Made by a program: the position numbers and the translations under genes. The notes below the pieces were generated by a model. That model did not search any database, was not told the origin of the DNA, and saw only the letters and a list, made by a program, of their open reading frames with translations. A stretch of DNA of 64,000 nucleotides. Origin: Lytechinus pictus. Taxonomy: Eukaryota. Position 1 is the stretch's first letter. Every line of letters starts with the position of its first letter. Below, piece by piece: positions 38,320 to 49,353 of this stretch. The stretch is taken from the NCBI RefSeq assembly GCF_037042905.1, contig NC_087251.1, positions 2,048,001 through 2,112,000 on the forward strand, read 5' to 3'.

Positions 38320-41300
38320 TTATTCTCGGCAAACAAAATGACAAAACAAAATAATATGCGATTATGTCGTGGCTTTATTCAATAGAGATGAACGCTTCCC
38401 GAAATTGGTGTCACAATCACATAAGTATAAAACATAGATATGAATACCTCTGATTAGAGACTTACATTCATGTATATCTGAAACCAACCGATAGCCTCGA
38501 ATTAGCTCCCCGAAGGGGGGTTAAACCCCCGGCTAGAAGGCCCCCCTCCCAGAAAATTCAACGTTAAATTTCGCGGCTGCTTTCCCACTGGTTCTCTGCT
38601 AGCCGGACAGGAATACCAGCACAGCTATGAACTACATTTATGAGCTACCGGCAAATCGGTGGATTACAGATGTCATACTTATATCATATAATATACATAT
38701 ATATATATATACCAGCCTTCCCGCATGAGAACTTGGGTGAGGCCTAAATTTCACGAAAAATATAAATGTATACAGAATACCAGCCTCCCCGCCTATGAGA
38801 TCAGGTGAGGCCTAAACTGAAAGTTCGAGCGTGACACCCTTACATAAAATATAAATGTATACAGAATACCAGCCTCCCCGCCTATGAGATCAGGTGAGGC
38901 CTAAACTGAAAGTTCGAGCGTGACACCCTTACATTCAAATCTACAATTGCGTTCTTAAAGTACTATGTAAAGTTATAAATAAATCCCCTTCGTCTAGGTA
39001 CCGAATGAGGACCCGATTCAATATGAAATATTAATCAACGTACATGGCATCAAAGTGGAAAATCTAATAACTAGAGGCGAAAATATAATTCACTGCTTTA
39101 AACACCTTGCAAAAGTGACCATTGTGGATTAAAGAACATATGCCATGACAATAATATGACAATACAATTCATGTGAATTACCAATATATAACGAACACCC
39201 AGCCACAAAAACGGGTAAGGGCGAAAACCCACCTGACCACAGTCCAAAATAGATCAGAAGGATAAAATTCCCTTACGGCCCACATTTCTAAATGCACGAC
39301 GATCTTGGTATTGTTTTGGTGTGCGACCAGGCAAACTGCCTCCGGATTTGAATTCGTGTTTCGTTATATAAATCAATATTATATTCATGTAAGTAAACTA
39401 ATTCAAATGTCCATTATCGACAGTTCTACATCCCGTTATTCCATCCTGAACGAGCTGTACATTCCAATAAAACACAAATCAACTCTGAATGATACGTATA
39501 GCGTATCTTCATTCTCGACCTTCTCCAACGCATGTGTTTAAACAATATTCCAACATCGTTTGACCCAAACGTACCGTTTACATGGGTGGTTGTTGGGGAG
39601 GAGGTGGGAAAATTACAAGCGAATATTTTGGACGTTCATCTCCGTTGAAAGCCAAGACTAAAATGAAGGATTTTTCGCGCCTTCACACCTAGGCGCGCGC
39701 GCCAAAACATGCGCGCTCCTTGCGCCCAGTACAAATTATTGTCATTGTGGGCATAAACCAAACAGGCTGGCGCGCCATTGTGACGTATCACCTCGTCAAC
39801 CGCGCCATTCCAAATTACAAATACCTTCATGACCTGGCATTGTTCACCGACTAATAAATCATTTTAAATCGCCGAGTCGTCTTTAAAATACATTATTCTC
39901 GGCAAACAAAATGACAAAACAAAATAATATGCGATTATGTCGTGGCTTTATTCAATAGAGATGAACGCTTCCCGAAATTGGTGTCACAATCACATAAGTA
40001 TAAAACATAGATATGAATACCTCTGATTAGAGACTTACATTCATGTATATCTGAAACCAACCGATAGCCTCGAATTAGCTCCCCGAAGGGGGGTTAAACC
40101 CCCGGCTAGAAGGCCCCCCTCCCAGAAAATTCAACGTTAAATTTCGCGGCTGCTTTCCCACTGGTTCTCTGCTAGCCGGACAGGAATACCAGCACAGCTA
40201 TGAACTACATTTATGAGCTACCGGCAAATCGGTGGATTACAGATGTCATACTTATATCATATAATATACATATATATATATATACCAGCCTTCCCGCATG
40301 AGAACTTGGGTGAGGCCTAAATTTCACGAAAAATATAAATGTATACAGAATACCAGCCTCCCCGCCTATGAGATCAGGTGAGGCCTAAACTGAAAGTTCG
40401 AGCGTGACACCCTTACATAAAATATAAATGTATACAGAATACCAGCCTCCCCGCCTATGAGATCAGGTGAGGCCTAAACTGAAAGTTCGAGCGTGACACC
40501 CTTACATTCAAATCTACAATTGCGTTCTTAAAGTACTATGTAAAGTTATAAATAAATCCCCTTCGTCTAGGTACCGAATGAGGACCCGATTCAATATGAA
40601 ATATTAATCAACGTACATGGCATCAAAGTGGAAAATCTAATAACTAGAGGCGAAAATATAATTCACTGCTTTAAACACCTTGCAAAAGTGACCATTGTGG
40701 ATTAAAGAACATATGCCATGCCAATATATCTTATGACAACAGTGTTTAGGCGGCATAATTTGACAAATTACCGCCAAACGAGAATATATTTTATATATAT
40801 GATCGGCCGCCAAACACTTCATTCATTTTTTAAGCCTTCGTTCATAATTTAGTCTAGTTTTGCATTAGCTGGCCAAGCTAAATCAGTTATCATGCATATG
40901 TAGTCAAGTAGGCCTCCAAGCCCTCCAATAATTTTAAATGAATTTAAAATATATCATCTTTGTATAACATCTTTGTACAGCCTTGACGTCGCTGTCTTAC
41001 ATGACACAGTTACCTGAAGGCTGGCATTCTTTGCCTCTAGCTATTCTGGCTGATATAAGAGTGATCATTTTATACGCAGTATACCTGTTTTCTATTCTTG
41101 ACCAACATACCAGCCCGTTTTAAACCAGCATGAAATGACAAATACTTTGCACCTGAATATTTCACTTATTGCATTCCAAAACCAGATAGAAAAATCCAAT
41201 TCAAGTATATGAACAAATATCCATCTCAAGTATAATGAGAGCATGAAAAACACTTCAATGTATTCAGCTGTTGGAAAAATCTCCCAATAGAAATACATTA

Positions 41301-44300
41301 AAACATAACCGTGTCAGAACTTCATTCACAATTAAAATCTGATTACCATGCGCAAAACTAAACAAAACATATGAAGGAAGACAAGATAATATGCCATTTG
41401 AAGTATCATGATTTTGATACAAATCTATTGCAATCTTCAAAATTGAAATTCATTGCATCACCAATTTTGATAAGTTATCAATGGTGGCTGAACGCCTTCA
41501 GCTTGACCATATAATTAACAAATACTGGCATCCCAACATTGCTAAACTAGCAATGCATGCCGCACTGAGGTACTGCCTCTGTCTTGTTGTCCCATTTGCC
41601 ATACATGTATAACAGTGCATAATCTAACCCTATGCACACAAATAATTCAATTGTGGACAATCGATCGATAAAAACCAAACACGGCATTTAGCTAGTCACT
41701 TCACACTTAATTCCAACAAATACGGTACATACCATACTTTATTTTATTCATTTTTTCATTATTAGTATTTATTTTTGATTTGATATACCGGTACTGTTCT
41801 GTTGGAACTGAGATAAGATAAAATCTGAAACTGAAAACTTGAGTAACATCCACAGAACAACCCCATATAACCAATGGGGTATAACCATGATAACTGAAGG
41901 CACTAAAACCAATTAGATGGCCGAAAGCCATCAGTTTGACCATATAGTTAACACATACTAGCATCCCAACATAGCTAAACCAACAATGCATGCCGCACTG
42001 AGGTACTGCCACTTTCTTGTTGTCCCATTTGCCATATAATTATAACAGTGCATGACTTAACTCCATGCACCCATATGATTCAATTGTGGACAATCGATCA
42101 ATTAAAATCCAACCACAGCATTTAGTTAGTCACCTCACTCTTAATGCCAACAAACAGACATCATACCATTCCTGAGTTATAATGGATTTTGAAAACTGTT
42201 CTGTTGGAAATGAGATAAAATAAAAACTGAAACTGAAAACTAGAGTAACATCCACAGAATAACCCCATATAACCAATAGAGTATAACCATGATAATTGAA
42301 GGCACTAAAACCAATTTGAACATGAACCCTTCCCGTCAGAACTACTCCGTTTATAGAGCTACACCCCTCATGCAGCTAAACTAAGAACCAGTGAACATAA
42401 ACTGGAATTTTACCGGGGATGTTTCATTTTTCGATTATGTATTCACATATCGACGTAAAACATGACTGACTTTTTGTCTTATCATCTTCACCACATCCAT
42501 GAAATAATTGTTTATTTCAAAATTAAAATAACATCCGACGAGTAGTCCTTCAAAGGATAATGAATAAAATTGAAGTGCCTTATACATTTATACATGCACA
42601 TATATATATATTTGTCCTGAACAATATGTTACATTCTTGTTGGCAAAAGCACAAAGAGGCAAAGGGCTTTCTTCATATGTTCAAGTTCCAATCCCTTCCA
42701 AGTGAACAATATGGAGGACCTCATAAAAAGTCTGAAAATGAAATCATAATGAACTCATCCTCATATCATGGACTCATTATTCAAGATAGCCCACTGTATC
42801 ATGATGTTTCAAACATGAAATTGTTTTCCCTGCTGCAATACTGTTCCTTGAAGGCTAAGATGTTTGTTCACCAGTTTTTTTTTACTGAAGAAAACCTCTA
42901 TTCCTTGGACTACGTATTATAAATCCACACCTGTCGGTAAATTATTAATATGAAGATGAAGACGTTGACCACTGCTCCAATTAGGGTAATTTCCGGCAGC
43001 ATAGTTCTCAGGCTATACCCAGTTCATTTCTATTTATTACAAGAGCGTATTAACGCCACAATTGACATCCATTACCATGGACTCTAGGCTATCTGGTCAG
43101 GAACTAGATCCAACCAAAGGGAAACTCTTTGGCAGCCAGACTTGGAGCGTTCTAGGTTATACTATAGTAGGTCCGATTGTCATCAAACTTTCCTGCCAGC
43201 CTACCTTGCCTCGCAGTAGTCAGCTTGAATCCATTTTATCCAAAGAGCCGGCTCTGCAAAAGAAAACAAGAAAAAAGCCTGGGCAGAACACCTAAATCTG
43301 TATCTCGTACCAAAACGGGTTTGTCCCTCTGCTTTCCCTTTCAATTTATCACTCAATTATGAGCTTAACACGAAAGGAGCAGCTTCCCGAAACATCTGAA
43401 AACCGCCTTCACGGAATAATCAGTAGTCCTGCTCCTTATGTTTCATTTTTAACTTTAATTTTCCAATTCCCTACAGTACAACCCCAACCAGCGATGCAAT
43501 ATCATCTGCATACATGTGCGTGTCGCAACTTAGAATATATTTCAAAACCAGATTAAGCTTCAAATAATCTGTTCCAAATGACTATAACTTGTATTATTTT
43601 GAAATATATTATCATTATTATATCAGTATTCAGTTTACCTCATATCACTGCAGAAATAATCGAGCCAAATTATTGCATCCAGCCCATTGGAAACATTTTC
43701 ATACTCAACGGGCCACCAACAAAATATTTCACACGCTGTACAATTCCAAAAAAGAAGATGTACTTTTGTAACCTGGTTCCTGATTGTGCAATCGGTAAAT
43801 TTCGTTTGATTGGCCAGTTTACCTACATGGCTCATTGCATTAAAGGCATCCGTATTGTGTCCCCCGAAAGCAAAGGGGGGGGGGGGTGACAGCATGGTGC
43901 ATCTACAAGATTTCAGACTTTCCCACACATGCCCATTTACATAATTACATAATTATCATTCTTTTTAAAATGATATTATCTCAGTTCAAATCATTGACCA
44001 GCCAAATAGGCCTATTTGATAAATACCTTGAACCATGAGGTGCAACTAGGTTCAATTGTGAAGCGCTTTGAGCAGTTCGACTTCGAGGTTGATATAAAGC
44101 GCTATATAACAACCAGTAATTAAATTCAATTCCAATAGGGCCTAAGCATTTCTACTTTTTTTTTTTTTTTACACAAAATAAAATCCACACAAAATCATCG
44201 CACATAAACGACTCCTATTACATAAAGGTTTCTTATTGGGAGGCCTATAATATTATAACAAACTGCTCGTTGACCACTTGACTTCAATCTAAACTAATTT

Positions 44301-47193
44301 GGGGATTCCAAGCTAGTTTGAAATTACATCCGACTATTATGTGCATGGTAAGTCCACTTTTACGTGTACCATGTTTCCTCGAAATGTGAAGCTCACATTT
44401 CCACCAAGCATCGGCATTCAATTCGTGCAAAGTGAATTCCAAAAACCAACCCGTTTCAAGGCGTAAATGTATAAACAGAACTGCTTGGTGCAAGGTGGAG
44501 GTATTTATATTTAATGTATAATCATTATCACACTGTATCATCAACATCAGCAATAAATAGTATTATTTTCAATACTTTAAACTCTAGTTATTTTCCTTTA
44601 AAAGACTGTAAGAAATCCATACAATCGCATGTCATAATGCTAAGCCACATCCGCTACTTTTCAAGTGACTGATTCAACAATAATATCATGCCCGTCGCAG
44701 TCTGTAGATGTTCATTTAAAAACTGAGTAGACGTATACATATCTAGTATAAGCTCTTCCACCACCGGTCTATCCACATAATTTTTAGACCGAGAACACAG
44801 CTCATGCTGGCCCATATCCAGAAAAAGTCACAGAGGTCAAATACTACTTTTATAGGCCTAACTGAACCAGCTGATTTATCCCCAAAACAGACATGTAAAA
44901 CCGCGTCTACTGTTAGTAGATCTAACGTTGGACTTAGCCTAATTTCCTCTGTGGTGTCACCATTAAATTGTAGTCCGAGTACCTGTACTAGTAGTAGACT
45001 ACTTGTAAATTTATAACAAAGACAAAGTGACATTTCTCACTCAGTTATTTATCAGCACCGAAAAAGTTCGAACTTTTTGCCAATCACTAGTAGACCCTCT
45101 GCTATTCTCACCATTTTTGCCAAAAACGGCGGCTTAAAATTAATCATGGTCTTAAATACATCTTAGCCTAGCCCATCACTAGGCCTAGAATAAGCTGTAA
45201 ATAATGGCTGCTAGAACCAATTTCATATCGGCCTCTATAGACTTCATTTTTCTTTGATTTTCCATCGAAAATATACATCGATTCTGGCCGAAGCTTTAGA
45301 ACCTCAATGTAGTCATATACTGAGGAGACTAACCCCAATTTCCAAACCACCGGCTGTGAAAATGTATTTACATCCATATTAACCACAGCCATGAACTAGG
45401 GCCTACACCTAATACGATACGGTAATTAACGTTAATAAAATTGTTGAACTCTTTTTAAAAATCACCATGACACACCTAGTGACCTAGTTCAGACACTAAA
45501 ACAAGTCGTCAAGTAGGAACAGGCCTAGCTAGGCCCGTGTTTGAATTATGACGACAACCCCTCCCTTTTCCATCATGATCGTATAAACCGCTTGGACCAA
45601 ATTAAAATTAATTCCAGGCCAAGTCCAAGCTGTGTCTTATTATGGCTTGACATATGACCTACATTCAAATCTAAACATTGTGTTGACAAGCCAAATAGCC
45701 CCCCCCCCCCCCCCCCCCATCGAACCATGTTTGCCTGACTACCTTAACTAGTCTTATGCCTGGCCTATGGTTGGTAATAGGATCTTCGCGTTCTAACGTG
45801 AAAACCGGGGGGGGGGGGTTGACGGGCCATGAAATTGAAATGAAAAGGACTCAGAGCCTATTAACTCCTGACCAATAAGAACATGATTTTGTTCGAAATC
45901 TAAAGCCAGGCCTAGACAGGCCTACCTGCTCGTTACAAAGCAGGCCTCTTCTACGATTCATTTAAGCCTAACTTCTACTCTAAGTTAGCACTACAGTATA
46001 CTAGGCTTAACGTTAGGCCTAACGTAGACCTACTAGGCCTAGGCCTAGGATACTATTTGACACTAAACCGTAGACCTAAATCTAGACTGAGTCTAGCCTA
46101 GATCTATTCCTGCTTCGTACTCACCGGATAGGCTAGGTCTTGTAGAGACTGAAACTTGTGAATTCTCTGGTAGTGGTACCGACCACGAGTACCCCGTTCC
46201 CCGTTCCGTCTGCCAATCCAGACCGTCGCCTCACCTCCCACAAGCAGACTCGAGAGCTCGGACTCAGGAGTAGGACCTCTGACTTCCGACAAACATTAAA
46301 TACTCATAGTCATAGTCATATCATTGGGTGATCATGATGAATCATAGTCGACTGTATCATGGCGTCGCCGACAATGTCTAACTTATGCATGATTTTGTTG
46401 CCAATGTAGGCCTAACTTAGGCCTAGTCTCTAACCTTGTGCCAGGGTCCGTGCTCAAATGTTTTGTTGGCTGGGTTGGCTGTTGCCAGTCCCAAATCCTG
46501 CACGTTAACGACAAGACTCTCAGACTCAATAAAAATTCCAGGCTTATGAAAAGCCGAATGAACTGAATTCCACCTAGCAGCTTGAGTCACATTCTCATCA
46601 TTCGTTCCCATCGTTGCTGAAACCAAACAGCTCAAAAGTTAGGGCCCAGCCGATCTGCTGACTGCTGTAATCGATACAGTCGCTCCCCGTCGTATTAAAC
46701 TTGGTTCAAAGTCAAAGCAGACGAGTTGTTGTTAATGTTAGGCCAGGCAAGAAATAGAGTATCATCAAGTAATTCGGACTGCATTTTCAGCTTCATAAGC
46801 GAAATTGTTGTGAGTCCCGATCGATGATGGTTTCAACAAAAAATTCTTGTAGATTTCGTTGCTCTTTGTAGATTACGACGTCTTCAAAAATGCAAGGTCG
46901 TAAGAAAAATTACAAGCGAATATTTTGGACGTTCATCTCCGTTGAAAGCCAAGACTAAAATGAAGGATTTTTCGCGCCTTCACACCTAGGCGCGCGCGCC
47001 AAAACATGCGCGCTCCTTGCGCCCAGTACAAATTATTGTCATTGTGGGCATAAACCAAACAGGCTGGCGCGCCATTGTGACGTATCACCTCGTCAACCGC
47101 GCCATTCCAAATTACAAATACCTTCATGACCTGGCATTGTTCACCGACTAATAAATCATTTTAAATCGCCGAGTCGTCTTTAAAATACATTAT
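38320..47193 (-). mobile_element. Non-autonomous split-direct-repeat element (PAT/Ngaro/TOC1-like tyrosine-recombinase retroelement architecture)
   Basis: Repeat B: 38320-39147 = 39893-40720 (828 bp). Repeat A: 39609-39896 = 46906-47193 (288 bp). Minus-strand order is A1-internal-B1-A2-spacer-B2, with TTAT shared at both ends and the B1/A2 junction. No gag, RT or YR ORF seen. Confidence 0.75.
41498..42316. repeat. Diverged tandem duplication, about 433-bp period, inside the split-repeat element
   Basis: gcatcccaaca..caatgcatgccgcactgaggtactgcc..ggcactaaaaccaatt occurs twice. Confidence 0.85.
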
Positions 47194-48651
47194 AATATCG
47201 ATTTGTAGATATGGAAAATGTCAATTGGAAGAAAAATAAATGTTTAGTTGAATTGAATGAAAAAAAAATCATTGTCATTTAACATTGCTCTCTATACCAC
47301 TAAAATATTGGCATCATATTTTTCTCGGGTTTTTTGTTGAATATAAGTAATATTCAATAATGATTACACAATTGCTAATAAAGTAATAAGTAATATAAGT
47401 AATAAGATTAAAGTAATAATGCTCGTACATGCATGTAGGCCTAAAGGTGCAGAAAAATGAACTATTATTTAAGTTGACGGATGGAGAGATAAATGAAGAA
47501 GGGGAGGGAGGGGGCAGGAAGGAAGGGAGGGGTGGGTAGTGAAGAGATGAAACCATGCATTTGACAAGAAAAAATCCTTATTTCATATTACTCTTTTCAT
47601 TCTGTTTAAATAATTGCTTAGCTTTGTTAAATGATATAATTTATTGTCAAAATGTACGTTTGATAACGAGATGTCATATTTGCATCACATAGGTGTTCAT
47701 GTTTTGTTCTTGTTGATCTAGACTGACAGGCAGTATAAGTGTACCATGGACATTCTGATTTGACAATTCTTTTATGACATGATATCACTAAAATCATTCA
47801 CAACTAGCCGCATGGATGAACCTTGCAATGTTCTTGAAAAACGTTTGTTTTTTGTCTGTTTTTTTTATTTCAATCTGTGAAGATTATGTGATTTCATAAT
47901 TACAAACGATTAAAAAAAAAAGATAATTATGTTTCCTTTCACGTGTTATTTTCTCTAATATGCGATTAATCTAGAACAAACGTTTTTCCTTTTCAGTTAA
48001 AGCAACGGGATTTTGAAAGTAAGGGGGGGGGGTGGGAGGCAAAAGAAAAATAATTATGGGGTCATTGGTGGTCAAGACGAATGTTCCGCAAAATTGTAAT
48101 TCAGGATCGAGGGAGATAGAGAGGGGAGAAAGATTGAGGAAATGGGAGTGAGGGAAATGGGAAGGGGGTGCGTTTACCCCCATGCCCCCTTTCATGCCTG
48201 AACTGCGTTTGCGTATTATTTATCAGAAAGATTTATCGCCCTCGTACATGGACATCCCAGTTGCCTAGCTACCTGTCACTCATAATAGACCACACCCACT
48301 TACTTGTCGACCAATCAGGAGGACTCTTACACTGACTGTGCAAGAGGTCGGTACCAGAGTGAGCCTGCGACCACCAAGATTATCAGATACCAACAAATTC
48401 ATCTCACTCATGTGAAAGTGGCTTCATTTTTCAGTTCACAGTTCCAGTGTACATGCCGAGATAAAAGTTGTTCCACGCTGCGCTGTTTGTAGCCTTTAGA
48501 ATATGCAACGTTCTTCTTTCAGACCTTAATCGTAACGGGGATATCATAGAGACTGATGACTTCTTACAGCATTCACCCTGCTAAAAAGCTAGGATACTGT
48601 GCATTAACCTAACTCATTAGAAACGTCAAATTTCTGTACAGGACATTTTCA

Positions 48652-49353
48652 ATGATAAGTCTTTATTTAATGATGGAAAAGAAGATGGAAATATGGAATT
48701 TGATCGGCCTGATGCTAGTCATCTCTACAGGAATGGTGAATTGTTCTAACTGCATAGAAAAGTTCGAGTCCTGGAGTCCTCTATCGTTTTCCACCATGTT
48801 CCGACAGCACGCTATTCATGGACTGATCCAGGGTCGTGTTACCCACATCTACCCCCCTCGACACATCCCTCATTGTGGTAGAGAGGTTATTACCGCTCAG
48901 ATTGAGATTCAGTGTGTCTTCCGTGGTAGTTCTGATCTTGAAAGACAACCAATCATCAATGTCACTGGCTTCGGTCAAAACAACGACTGTGTGGATACCT
49001 TAGTGACCTTGGGTGACTCTTATTTCATATTTCTGGAACCATTCGAGCATGACAACAACATCCAATTCGTTGTCCAAGAGCACAATCTTCAGAGAGGGGC
49101 ATACCTGGCTATCAATATTAAAATCTCAACTGTCATGAGTGTTTATGAGTGTCGACGGGTAGTTGGTGCCGGGACAACGACACTGTCCCCATGGAGGTCA
49201 ATGACACCAGTCAAACAACTACCATGGATCATCTTGCCATCAGACTCAAAACCAGTATTAGGTGTTGGGAAGCCCGAGAACAGTGCATCGTTCATTCGAC
49301 CCTCATATCTCCTCCTCTTCCTATGGACGACCACCGTCATGATATTGCTATGA
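48652..49353 (+). CDS. Secreted, probably GPI-anchored protein with one agrin N-terminal (NtA / NTR-TIMP-like) domain
   Basis: 233-aa ORF with a hydrophobic signal peptide ending near VNC-SNC. The pattern IQGRVTHIY..TAQIEIQCVFRG..INVTGFG..DCVDTLV..GDSYFIFL resembles NtA. It is followed by a Ser/Thr/Pro linker and a terminal hydrophobic tail with no cytoplasmic part. A splice acceptor (tttctgtacag) ends at 48641, implying an upstream non-coding exon. The true start could be a later Met (48670-48685). Confidence 0.8.
   Translation: MISLYLMMEKKMEIWNLIGLMLVISTGMVNCSNCIEKFESWSPLSFSTMFRQHAIHGLIQGRVTHIYPPRHIPHCGREVITAQIEIQCVFRGSSDLERQPIINVTGFGQNNDCVDTLVTLGDSYFIFLEPFEHDNNIQFVVQEHNLQRGAYLAINIKISTVMSVYECRRVVGAGTTTLSPWRSMTPVKQLPWIILPSDSKPVLGVGKPENSASFIRPSYLLLFLWTTTVMILL

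Noticed and set aside
43205..43253. Mini-exon peptide WIQADYCEA resembling a PHD-finger WIQCDxC motif
   Set aside because: The key Cys is absent and no flanking PHD ligands were found; too short to call a domain.
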